DNA from: the human T2T-CHM13v2.0 reference genome, Homo sapiens
DNA: 64,000 bases
NCBI RefSeq assembly: GCF_009914755.1
Contig: NC_060946.1
Strand: one strand, 5' to 3'
Shown here: piece by piece, positions 39,301 through 52,035 of the stretch
Position numbering within the stretch: position 1 is the first letter of the stretch
Layout of the letters: every line of letters begins with the position of its first letter
Made by a program: the position numbers and the translations under genes
Notes under the pieces: generated by a model
The model's database searches: none
Told to the model about the DNA's origin: nothing
The model's input: the letters and a program-made list of their open reading frames with translations, nothing else

Positions 39301-41178
39301 TGTACTGGAATGGATGGGAATGGAGTGGAGTGGAGTGGATTCGAATGGAATAGAATTCAATCCTTTGGAGTTGAATGGAGGGGAATTCAGTGGAAAGGAA
39401 TGCAATGGAAAAGAATGGAATGGAAAGGAATGGAGTGGAATGGAGAGGAATGGAATAGAATGGAGAGGAATGGAAAGGAATAGATTGGAATGAAATGGAA
39501 TGGAAGGCAATAGAATGGAATGGAGTGGAATGGAGTCGAGTGGAATGGAGTGGAGTGCAATGGAATGCAAAGGAGAGGATTGGAGTGGATTGTTTTGGCT
39601 TGGAGAGAAATGGAATGGAATGGAATGGAATTGAAGAGAATGGAATTGAATGGAATGGAAGGGAAGGGAATGGAATGGAATGAAGTGGAATGCAGTGGTG
39701 TGGAGTGGAAGGGGGTGGAATGGAATGGGGTGGAGTGGGGTGGAAAGTAGTATAATGGAATGGAACATAAAGGAATGGAATAGAGTGTGGTGCAGTGGAA
39801 TGGAAATGATTGGAGTGGAATAGAATGGAATGGAATGGAATGGAATCGAGTGGAGTGGAGTGGGATCGAGTGGAATGGAACGGAAAGAATACAATGGAAT
39901 TGACTGGAGTGTAAATGAATGGAGTGGAATGGAATGGAATGGGAATGATTGGAGCTGAGAAGACAGGCGTTGAGTGGATTAGAGAGACATGGAATGGAAT
40001 GGAATGGACTGTTGTGGAGTGGAATGGAAGAGAGCAGTGTGAAATGGAATGGAATGGAATTGAATAGAATGGAATGGAATGGAAAGGAATGGAATTTACA
40101 GGACTGCATTGGAATGGAATGGAACGGAATGGAACGGAATGGAATGGAATGCAGGGGTGTGGAGCGGAAAGGAATTCATTGGAATGGAAGAGAATGGAAT
40201 GGAATGGAATGGAATGGAATAGAAAGGAATGGAATGAAATGGAGTGATGTGGAATTTAATGCAGTGAAATGGACTCGAATAGAATGGAACACAGTGGATT
40301 GGAAGGGAATGCAGTGGAATTGACTGTAGTGGAATGGAATGGAAAAGAATGGATTAGAATGGAATGTAGTGGAATGGAGTGGAGTGGAGTGGAGTGGAAT
40401 GGAATGGAGAGGAGTGAAGTGGAATGGACTGGATTGGAGTGTAATGGACTGGAATGGGATGGAATGGAATGGAGTGGAGTGGAGAGAATGGAGGGAAGTG
40501 GAGTGGAATGGAGTGGTGTGGAATGGAGTGGAATCGAAGGAATGGAGTGCAATTGAATCGGATTGATTGGAATGGATTGGAATGTAGTGGAGTGGAATGG
40601 AATGGAAGTGATTGGAATGGAATGGCATGGAATGTAGAGAAATGGATAGGCGAGGAATGGAATTGTATGGAGAGGAATGGAGTGTAGTGGAATGGAGTGT
40701 AATGGAGTGGAGTGTAATGCAATTAAATGGATTGGAATGGATTGGTGTGGATTGGAGTGGAATGTAGTGGAGTGCAATGGAATGGAATAGAATGGAATGG
40801 AATAGAATGGAATGGAATGGAATGGAATGGAATGGAATGGAATGGAATGGAGTGGAATGGAATGGAATGGAATGGAATGGAGTGGAGTGGAATGGAATGG
40901 AATGGAATGGAGTGGAGTGGAATGGAATGGAATGGAATGGAATGGAATGGGGTGTAACGGAATAGAAAGGAAAGGAAAGGAATCGATTGGAATGGAATGG
41001 AGTGGAAAGGAATGGAATGTAATCGAGTGGAGTGGAATGGAAGGGAATGGAAAGGAAATGATCAGAATGGAATGGAATTGAGTGGAATGGAATGGAGTGG
41101 AAAGGAATGGAATGCAATGGAAAGGAATGGAATGGAGTAGAATAGAATTGAAAGGAGTGGAATGGAATGGATTTGAGT

Positions 41179-43046
41179 GGAATGGAATGGAATGGAATGC
41201 AAAGGAATGGAATGCAATGGGTTGGAATGGAATGGAGATGAGTGGAGAGGAATGGAGTACAGTGGAATGCAATGGATTGTACTGTGGTGGAATGGCATGG
41301 AATGGAATGTAGTGGAGTGCATTGGAGTGGTATGGAATGGAGCGGAGTGTAGTGGAATGGAATGGAATGGATTGGATAGGACTGTACTGCAATGGAATGG
41401 AGTGGAGAGGAATGGAAGAGAATAGAATGGAATGGAATGGAATGGAATGGAATGGAATGCAATGGAATGGAATGGGATGCGGAAGAGAGGAGTGGGGTGG
41501 AGTGGAATGGAATGGAGCGGAATGGAATGGAGTGGCATGGGATGGAGTGGAGTGGAATGGAATGGAATTGAGTGGAATGGAAAGGAAGGAATGGAATTGA
41601 GTGGAGAGGAGTGGAGTGAGGTCGAAGGGAATGAAATTGAATAGAATGGAATGGAATGGAATGCAATGCAATGGAATGGAATGCAAGGGAATGGAATGCA
41701 GTGGAGTGGAGTGGAGTTGAGTGGAATGCAATGGAGTGGAACAGAGTGGAGAGGAATGGAATGGAATACATTAGAGTGCAATGGAATGGAATGGAATGGA
41801 TTGGAGAGGAATGGAGTGGAGTGGAATGGAATGCGGTGGAATGGAATGGAGTCCAATGGATTTGAGTGGAATGGAATGGAATGGAGTGGGATGGATTGGA
41901 ATGGAATGGAATGGAATAGAATGTAATGTAATGGAATGGAATGGCGTGGAATAGAGTGGAGTGGAATGGAATGCCATGGAATAGTGTGGAATGGAATATA
42001 ATCCAATGTAATGAAATGGAATGGAAGGGAATGGAGTGGAATATAATGGAGTGGAGTGGAGTGGAATGGAAAGGAATGGAATGGAGTGGAAAGGGATGTA
42101 ACGGAGGGGAGTGGAGTGGAATTGAGTGGAGTTGAATGGAATTGAATGGAATAGATTGGAGTGGAATGGTCTGGAGTGAACTGGAACGGAGTTGAATTGA
42201 AAGGAGTTGAAAGCAGAGAAATGGAGTAGCAAGGAATGGAATGGATTGGAGCATGTTGGAATGGAATGGAGTGCAGTGGAATGGACTGATATGGCATGGA
42301 ACGGAGTGCAGGGGAATGGAATGCACTGGAATGGAATGAAGAGTATTGGAATGGAATGGAGAGGAGAGGAATGTAATGTAATGGAATGGAATGGAATCGG
42401 GAGGAGGGGTGTGGTGTGGAATGGAATGGAATGGGATGGAGTGGAATGGAATGTAGTGGCATGGAAAGGAGTGGAGTGGAGTGGAATGGAATGGAATGGA
42501 GTGGAATGGAGTGGATTGGGATCGAATGGAACGTAGTGGAGTTGAATGGAATGGAATGGAATGGAATGGAATGCAGTGAAGTGGAATGGTGTGGGATGTA
42601 ATGCAGTGGAATGGAATGGAATAGAATGCAAAGGAATGGAATGCAATTGGGTGGAATGGAATGGAGATGAGTGGAGAGGAATGGAGTACAGTGGAATGGA
42701 ATGGATTGTACTGTGGTGGAATGGCATGGAATGGAATGTAGTGGAGTGGATTGGAGTGGTATGGAATGGAGCGGATTATAGTGGAATGGAATGGAATGGA
42801 ATGGACAGGACTGTACTGCAATGGAATGGAGTGGGGAGGAATGGAACTGAATAGAATCGAATGGAATGGAATGGAATGCAATGGAATGGAATGGGATGTG
42901 GAAGAGACGAGTGGGGTGGAGTGGAATGGAATGGAGTGGAATGGAATGGGGTGGCATGGGATGGAGTGGAGCGGAATGGAATGGAATTGAGTGGAATGGA
43001 CTGGAGTGCAATTGTATCGAATGAAGTAGAGTGGAATGGAATGGAA
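41179..43046. repeat. Dispersed direct copy (~1.85 kb) of ~27043-28899
   Basis: TTGTACTGTGG 41277 (vs 27141) and 42706 (vs 28554); ATGCGGAAGAGAGG 41477 (vs 27321); TACATTAGAG 41767 (vs 27611); ATGTGGAAGAGACG 42896 (vs 28749); the flank GCAATTGTATCGAATGAAGTAGAG is shared. Offsets 14136-14156. Confidence 0.93.
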
Positions 43047-43689
43047 AGGATTTGATTGGAATGGAATGGAATGGAATGGAATGGAATGGAATGGAATGGA
43101 ATGGAGTGGAGTGGAGTGCAGTGGAGTGGAGTGGAGTGGAATGGAACGGAGTGGAGTGGAATGGAATGAAGTGGAAAGGAATGGAACTGATAGGACTGGA
43201 GTGGAGTGGAGTGTAATAGAATGGAGTGGAATGGAATGGAGTGGAATGTAGTGGAGTGGAATGGAATTGAATGGAAAGCAGTGGATTAGAAAGGAGTGGA
43301 ATGGAGTGGAGTGGAATGTGATGGAATGGATGGGATTGCAATGGATTCGAGTGGTTTGGAGTGGAACGAACTGGAATGGAGTTGAGGTGTATCGACTGGA
43401 GTAGAGTGGAAAGTAATGGACTGGAATGGAATGGAAAGTTTGGAATGGAATGGAATGGAATGGAATGAAACGGAAACGAGCGGAGTGGAGTCGAATATAA
43501 TGGTGTGGAGTGGAATGGAATGGAATGGAAAGGAATGGAATGGAATGGATTGGAGTGGAGTGGAGTGGAATGGAGAAGAAAGGAGTGAAATGGAATGGAA
43601 CAGAGTGGAGTGGAGTGCAGTGGAATGGAACAGAATGGAATGGAATGGAGTGGAATGGAATGGTGTGGAATGGAATTGAGTGGATTGAA

Positions 43690-43811
43690 ATGGAATGGAA
43701 TGGAGAGGAGTGGGATGTAGAGCAGTGGAATGGAATGGTGAGGAATGGAATTGAATGGAATGAAATGGAATGGGATGGAGATGAGTGGGATGTAGAGCAG
43801 TGGAATGGAAT
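43690..43811. repeat. Local duplication, 75-bp period
   Basis: GAGTGGGATGTAGAGCAGTGGAATGGAAT twice; TGTAG at 43716 and 43791. Confidence 0.85.
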
Positions 43812-44886
43812 TCAATGTAATAAAATGAAATGGAGTGGAGAGGAGTGAAGTGGAATAGAATAGAATGGAATAGAATGGAGTGCAATTGAATGGAGTGGAG
43901 TGGAACGGCATGGAGTGGAATGGAATGGAATTGAAAGGAACAGAATGGAATGACGTGGACTGGAGTGGACTGGAGTGGAATGGAATGGAATGGAATGGAG
44001 TGTAAGTGAGTGGAGTGCATTTGAATGAAAAGGAATGGAATGAAAAAAATGAAGTTGAATGGAATCGAGTGGAATGAAGTGGAGTGGAATGGAATGGAAT
44101 AGAATGGAGAGGAATTGAGTGGAGTGGAGTGAATGGAATTGAATGGATGTAATGGATGGAATGGAATGGAATGCAATGGAATAGAATGGAGAGGAGTGGA
44201 ATGGAATGGAATTAAGTGGAGTAGAATGGAATGGAATGGAATGGAATGGAATGGACTTGAATGAAATGGAATACAAAGGAATGGAGTGGAATGGAAAGTA
44301 ATGGAAAAGAGAGGAGTGTATTGGAGAGGAGTGGAATGGAATGGAATGGAATGGAATGGAGTGGAGAAGAATAAAATGAAATCTAATGGAATGGAATGCT
44401 GTGAAGTGGAATGGAATTCAATGGAATATAATGGAATGGAGTGGAGTGGAGTAGAGTCGAGTGCAGGGGAATGCAATGGAGTGAAATGGAGTGGAAAGGA
44501 ATGGCATGGAGTGGAGTAGGGTCGAGTGAAGTGGAAAGTAATGGAGTCAAATGGAGTGGAATGGAATGGCGTGGAGTGGAGGAGCATGGAGTAGAGTGGA
44601 GTGGAATGGAGTTGAGTACAATGGAGTGGAATCGAGTGAAATGGATTGGAATAGAATGGAATAGATTTGACTGGAATGGAATGGAGTGGAGTGGAATAGA
44701 ATAAAGTGGAGTGGAAGGGAATGGAGTGGAATGGAAGGGAGAGAAATAGAGTGCGGCAGAATGAAAAGGAATGGAGTGGAATGGAATGGAATGGATTCGA
44801 ATGGAATGGAATTAAATGGAATGGAGTGGAATGTAGTGGAGTGGAATTGAATGGAGTGGAAAGGAATGTAATGGAATGGAATGGAT

Positions 44887-45190
44887 TTGAAAGGAATGGC
44901 GAGGAGTGGAATGAAGTGGAATAGAATGGAATGGAATGGAGTGGACTGGAGTGGAATGGATTGGAGGGAAATGGAGTGCAATGGAATGGAGTGCAGTGGA
45001 GTGGAATAGCGTGAAAAGGAATGGAATGGAATGGAATGGAGTTGAAAGGAATGGCGAGGAGTGGAATGAAGTGGAATAGAATGGAATGGAATGGAGTGGA
45101 CTGGAATGGAATGGATTGGAGGGAAATGGAGTGCAATGGAATGGAGTGCAGTGGAGTGGAATAGCGTGAAACGGAATGGAATGGAATGGA
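44887..45190. repeat. Near-exact tandem duplication, 155-bp period
   Basis: AAGGAATGGCGAGG at 44891 and 45046; ATAGCGTGAAA at 45006 and 45161; two substitutions seen by eye. Confidence 0.93.
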
Positions 45191-47380
45191 CTGGAATGGT
45201 ATGAACTGGACAGGAGTGGAATGGAATGGAATATAGAGGAGTGGAATGGAATGTAGTGGAATGGAATAGAATGCAATGGAATGGATTGGAGTGGAATTGA
45301 ACGGAATGGAATGAAGTGGAGGGGAATGCACTGGAATGGATTGGAATGGAAAGGAATGCTGAGGATTGGAATGGGATTGATTGGAATAAAAATGAATGGA
45401 GTGGAGTGGATCCATGTGGAGGGGAATGGAATGGAGTGTGAAAGAGAGGATCGGAATGGAAGTGAATGTAGTGGAGTGGAGATGTATGTAGTGGAGGGTA
45501 GTAGAATTAAGTAGAGTGGAATAGAGTGGAATCGTGTGGAATGGAGTGGAAATGAATGGAATCGATTGGACTGGAATTGAAGGGAGTGGAATGGAATGGA
45601 ATGGAGTTGAGTAGAATATACTGGACTGGAATAGAATGAAGAGAAATGGAGTGGAGTGGAATGGAATGGAATGAAGTGGAAAGGAATGGAGTGGAGTGTA
45701 GTCGAATGAAATGGAATAGAACGGAATTGAGGGGATTGGAATGGAATTTAATGGAATGGAACGGAATGGAGTGGATTTGAGTGGAGTGGAGTGGAGGGGA
45801 ATGGATTTTACTGAAGTGAAATGGAATGGAATGGAGTTGAATGGAATAGAGTGGAATGTAACGGAGTGGAATTGAATGCACAGAAATTTACTGGAGTGGA
45901 GTGGAGTGGCATGGAATGGAGTGGAACGGAATGGACTGGAATGGAGTAGAGGGGGATGGAATGGAATGGAGAGGAGTGGAATGGAGTGGAATTGAATGGA
46001 GTTGAATTGAATGGAAGGGAATCCAATGCAATGGAATGGAATTGAGTGGATTTGTATGGAAGGGAATGGAATGAAATGGAGTGGAAGGAAGTGGCGTGGT
46101 GTGGAGTGGTGTGGAGTGGATTGGAATGGAAAGGTATGGAATAGAATGCAATGGAATGGAACGGAGAGGTGGGGTGTGGAGTGGAGTATAGTGGAGTCGA
46201 ATGGAATGGAATCGACTGGAATGGAATAGAATGGAATGGAATGGGAAATAATGGAATGGAATGGAATGAAGAGGAATGGAATGGAATGGAATGAAATGCA
46301 GTGGAGAGGAGTGGAGTGGATTGGAATGGAGTGGATTGCAATGGAATGGAATGCAATGGAATGGAATGGAATGGAATACAATGGAGTGGAGTAGAGTCGA
46401 TTGGAGTGGTGCGGAATGGAGGGGAATGGAAAGGAATGGAATGGAAAGGAATGGAATGGAATCGAGTGGAGTGGATTGGAGTGGAATGGAATGGAATGGA
46501 ATGGATGGCAATGGAGTGGCATGGAATGGAGTGGAATGGAATCAACTGTAATGGAAAGAAGTGGAATGAAAAGGAATGGAAAGGAGTGGAGGGGAATGGA
46601 AATGAATGAAATGGCATGGAATGGAATTGAATGGTGGGGAGTGGAATGGAATATAAAGGAATAAAATGTAATGGAGTGGAGTGGAGTGGAGTCGAGTGAA
46701 GTGGAATGAAATGCAGTGTAATACAGTGGAATTGAATGGAGTGGAGTGGAATGGAATTGAATGGAATTAAATGGAATGGAGTGGAATGGAGTGAAGTGGT
46801 ATGGAAAGGAATGGAATGGAGTGGAATGGAGAGGAGTGGAAGGGAACGGAATGGAGTGAAATAGAGTGGAGTGGAATAGAATGGAATGGAAGGGAAAGGA
46901 ACGGAAAGAAGTGAGGAGAATTTGAATGGAATTGTGTGGGGTGGAATGGAATGGATTGTAGTGGAATGGAATGTAACGGGGTGGAGCGGATTGGAGTGGA
47001 ATGCTGTGGAGTGGAATGGAATGGAGTGGACTGAAATGGGTTGGAATGGAAAGGAATGGAATGGAGTGAAGTGGAATGGAATTCAGTGGAGTGGAGAGAA
47101 GAGGATAGGAGAGGAGTGGAATCGGGCGGAGTGGAGTCAAATGGAGGGAAACGGAGTGGAGTGTAGTGGAATGGAATGGAATGGAGTGCAATGGAATGTA
47201 ATGGAGTGGAATGGAATGGAGTGGAGTGTAGTGGAATGGAATAGAGTGGAATGGATTGACAGGACTGGAACAGAATAGAACCGAATAGAGTGGAATGGAA
47301 TGGAATGGAATTTAATGGAAATTTAATGGAATGGAATGGAATGGAGTGGAATGGATTGGAGTGGAATGGTGTGGAATGGA

Positions 47381-47543
47381 ATGGAATGGAATGCAATGCA
47401 ATGGAATAGAATGCAGTGGAATGGAGTGGAATGGAATGGAATGGAACGGAACTTAATGGAATGGAATGCAATACAATGGAATAGAATGCAGTGGAATGGA
47501 GTGGAATGGAATGGAATGGAACGGAACTTAATGGAATGGAATG
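47381..47543. repeat. Local tandem duplication, 75-bp period
   Basis: ACGGAACTTAATGG with ACTTA at 47451 and 47526; visible as a 25-aa repeat in ORF 47323..49047. Confidence 0.9.
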
Positions 47544-50500
47544 GAATGGTGGGATTTGTAAAGGAATTGAATGAATGGAATGGTGTGAAATGGAATGGAG
47601 TGGAGTGCAATTGAATGGAAAGCACTGGAGTGGAATGGCGTGGAATGAAATGTAACTGAATGAACTGGAATGGAATGGAAAGGAAAGGAATGGAATGGAA
47701 AGGAATTGAGTGGAGTGGAGTGGAAAGGAATGGAATGGAATGGAATGGAATGGAATGGGATGGAATGGAATGGAATGGAGTGGAATGGAATGAAATGGAG
47801 TGGAGTGGAATGGAATGGAATAGAATGGAATGGAATGGAATGGAATGGAATCCTATGGAATAGAGTTGAGTGGAATGGAATCGAATGGAATGAAATGGAA
47901 TGGAGTGTACTGGAATGGAGTGTAATGGAGTGAAGTGGAGTGGAGTGGAATAGAATGGATTGGGATGGAGTGGAATGGAATGGAATGGAATGGAGTAGAA
48001 TGGAGTGGAGTGGAGTGGAATGGATTGGAATGGAGAGAGGAGGAATAGAATGGAATGGAATGGAATGGAATGGAATGGAATGGAATGGAATGGAATAGAA
48101 TGGAAAGGAGTGGAATGGAATAGAATTGAATGGAATGGAATGGAATGGAATTTAGTGGTGTGGAGTGGAAATGTATATGACGGAGATGAATGGAATGGAG
48201 TGGAATAGAGTGGAATGCAGTGGAATGTAATGGAATGAATTGGAGTGGAATGGATGGGAATGAATTGGAGTGGAATGGAAGGTATTGGAGTGGAATGCAT
48301 TTGAGCATAGTGGAGTAGAGTGGAGTGGATTCGACTGTAGTGGAGTGTAATGGAGTAGATTGGAATGGAATGGAAAGGAATGGATTGGACTGCAATTGAA
48401 GTGAATGTAATGTAGTGGAATGGAATGGAAAGTACTGAAATGGAATGGAATGGATATGAATGGAATGGAATGGCATGAAGTGGAGAGGAGTGCAAAGGAA
48501 GGCAATGGACTGGAATGGAATGCAGTGGAAGAGAGTGGAGTGGAGTGGAATGGAATGGAATGGAATGAATTGTGGTATGGAGGGGAATGAAGTGGAGTGG
48601 AATGGAATGTAATGGATTGGAGTGCATTGGAGAATAGAGAGGTAGAGTGAAGTGGATTGGAGTGTAGTGGAGTGTAATGGAGTGGAGTGGAATGGAATGC
48701 AAAGGAATGGAATGGACTGAAATTGAATGGAATGGAATGGAGTGGAATGGAGTGGAATAGAATGGAAAGGAATGAAAATGAATTAAACGGAATGGAAAGG
48801 AATGCAATGGAGTAGACTGTAGAGCAGTGGAGTGGAGTGGAATGAAGTGGAATGGAGTGGAGTGTAAAGAAATGGAATGGAATGGAATGGAATGGAATCG
48901 AATGGAGTGGAATGCAGTGCTTTTGAATAGAGTGTAACGGAGTGGAGTGAAATGGAATGGAATGGAATGGAATGGAATGGAATGGAATGGAATGGAATGC
49001 AATGGAATGGATTGGAGAGGAGTGAAATGAAATGCAATGGAATGCAATTAAATGGAGTGGAATGGTGTGCATTGCAATAGAACGGAATGGAGTGGAATGC
49101 AGTGTTGTTGAATAGAGTGTAATGCAGTGGAGTGGAAAGGAATGGAATTGAATGGAATGGAATGCAATGCAATGAAATGTAGTGGAGTGTCTTGGAATGG
49201 AATTAAGCGGAGTTGAATGGAATAGAATGCAATGGATGGGAATGAAATGGAATAGAATGGAATGAAGTGGAATGGAATGTATTGGAAAGGAGAAGAGCGA
49301 ATTGGGGAGGAGTGGAATGGAATGGAATGGAATTGAATGGAGTGGAGAGGGATGGAATGGAATGTTATAGAACGGAATGATGTGGAATGGAATGGAAATC
49401 AATGGAATATAATGGAATGTAGTGGAGTGGAGTCAAGTGAAGGGGAATGCAGTGGAGTAAAATGCAGTGGAATGGAATGGAGTGGATTGGAGAGGTACGG
49501 AGAAGAGTGGGGTGAAATCGAGTGGAGTGGATTGGAGTGGCATCGAGTGAAATGGAGTGGAATAGAATGGAATCGATTGGACTGGAATGGAATGGAGTGG
49601 AGTGGAATGGAATGGAGTGGAGTGGAATGGAATGGAATGGAATAGGGAGAAATGGAGTGCGATGGAAGGGAATGGTATGGAGTTGAATGGAATGTAGTAA
49701 AATGGAATGGAGTGGAATGGAATGGAATGGATTCGAGTGAAGTGGAATGCAATTGAACGGAATGGAATGAAATGGAGTGGAATGGAGTTGAGTGGAATGG
49801 AATGGAATGGATGGTGTGGAGTGGAAAGGAATTGAATTCTTTGGAATGGAATGGAATGGAATCAAATGGAATGGACTGGAATAGATTGGAATGTAAAGGA
49901 TGGCAACGGAATGAAATGGAATGGCGTGTTGTGGATTTGAATGGAAATGAGCGGATTGGAATGGAATGGAATGGAATGGAAGGGAATGTAATGGAAAGGA
50001 ATGAAATTGAGTGGCATGGACTGGAATGGAATGGAATAGAGAGGAGTGGAATAGAATGGAGTGTAATGGAGTGGAGTGGAATGGAATGGAACTGTGTTTA
50101 GTGAAGTAGAATGGAATGGAGTGGAATGGAATTGGATGGAATGGATTGCAGTGGAGTGGAATGGAATGGAATGGAGTGGATTGGAATGGAAGAGAATGGA
50201 ATGAAATGAAGAGGATTGGAGTGGAGTTGAGTGGAATGGAATGGAATGGAGTGAAGTGGAATTGATTGGAATGGTGTATAATGGATAGGAATGCAATGGA
50301 AAGGAATGGAGTGGAGTGGAATGGAGAGTTGTGGAATAGAGTGGAATCGATGGACTGGAGTGGAATTGAATGGAATGGATTGGAGTGTATTGGAATGTAC
50401 TGGAGTGGAATGGAATGGAGGGGAGTGGAATGGAATAGACTGGAATGGAATGGAATTTTGAGAAATGGATTGGTGTGGAATGGAATGGAGTAGAGATGAA

Positions 50501-51666
50501 TGGAGTGTAGTGGAATGGACTGAAATGCAGTGCAGTGGAATGGAATTAAATGGAAATGAATGAAGTGGAGTGGATTGGAGTGGAATGTAGTGGAGTGCAA
50601 TTTTCTGGAATGGAATAGAATCGAAAGGAATGGGGTGGATGGGAATGGAATGCAGAGGAATGTAATGGAGTGGAATGGAATGCATTCGAAAGGAATGAAT
50701 GTAATCGAGTGGAGTGGAAAGGAATGGAATGGAATGGATCGGAATGGAATGGAGTGGAGTGGATTCGAATGCAATGTAAAGTAATGGGATGGAATGGAAT
50801 GGAATGGAAAGGAAGGAAATGCAGTAGAATAAAATGGAAAGGAGTGGAATGGAATGGAATCTAGTGGAGTGGAATGGAATGGAGTGGAGTGGAATGGCAT
50901 GGAATGGAAGATAATAGAGTGGAATGGAGTGGAGGGGATTGGAGTGGAGTGCTGTGGATTGGAATGTAGTGGAATGGAATGGAATGGAAAGGAGTGAAGT
51001 GGAACACGGTACAGTGGAATGAAATGGAATTGATAGGAATGGAGTGGAGTGGAGGGTAATGCAATTGAGTGGCGTGGAGTGGACAGAATGGGAGAGGAGT
51101 GGAGTGGAGTGGAATGGAGTGGAATGGAATGGAATGGAGTGGAATAAAGCGTAGTGGATATTAATGGAGTGGAATGGAACGGAGTTGAATGGAGTTGTGT
51201 GGAGTGGAATGGAATGGAATGGAATGGAATTGAATGGAATGGAATGGAATGGAATGGAATTGAATGGAATGGAATGGAGTGGAGTCGAGTGGAGTGGCGT
51301 CATGTGGATTGAAATTGAATGGAAAGGAAAGCAATGGAATGGAATGGAATGCAATGGAATGGAATGGAGCTGAATGGAGTGGAATGGAATGGAAGTTAAT
51401 GGAGAGGAGTGGAATCGAATAGAATTCAATGGAATGGAGTGAAATGGAATGCAATGGAATGGAATGGAGTGGAATGGAATGGAATGGAGTCGTGTGGAAT
51501 GGCATGGAATGGGGGTAATGTAATGGAATAGAGTGGAGTGGATTGTAGTGCAATGGAATGGAACGGAGTAGAGTGGAATGGATTGGAATGGAATGGAATG
51601 GAGTGGAGTAGAATGGAATCGAGTGGAGGGGAATGGAACGGAGTGGATTGGAATGGAATGGAATGC

Positions 51667-52035
51667 AGTGGAGTGCAATGCAGTGGAGTGGAATGGAGTG
51701 GCATGTAGTGGAATGGAGTGGCATGCAGTGGAATATAATGGAAGGGAAAGGAATAAAGTGGAATGGAGTGGAGTGGAGTGAAATGAAATGGATTGGAGTG
51801 AAGTGGAATGGAAGGAATGTAAAAGAAAGCAATGGAATGGAATGGAATGGAGTGGAGTGCAATGCAGTGGAGTGGAATGGAGTGGCATGTAGTGGAATGG
51901 AGTGGCATGTAGTGGAATATAATGGAACGGAAAGGAATAAAGTGGAATGGAGTGGAGTGGAGTGAAATGAAATAGATTGGAGTGAAGTGGAATGGAAGGA
52001 ATGTAAAGGAAAGGAATGGAATGGAATGGAATGGA
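51667..52035. repeat. Tandem duplication, 184-bp period, with a nested 20-bp doublet
   Basis: GAATATAATGG at 51731 and 51915; GGAATAAAGTGG and GGAAGGAATGTAAA in both copies; each copy has GAATGGAGTGGCATG(T/C)AGTG twice; about 5 differences. Confidence 0.92.

Noticed and set aside
41179-43046. Mobile element or LTR pair formed by the two ~1.85 kb direct repeats
   Set aside because: Both repeats and the DNA between them are pure satellite, with no terminal motifs, primer-binding site or coding capacity.
43286-47191. 1301-aa minus-strand ORF (also 13737..16934, 50098..53838, 60706..63864 and all other track ORFs) as protein-coding genes
   Set aside because: They are translations of the pentamer (IPFHS/TPLHS or MEWNG/VEWSG), overlap in all frames, contain no domain-like sequence, and their length is explained by stop-codon scarcity.
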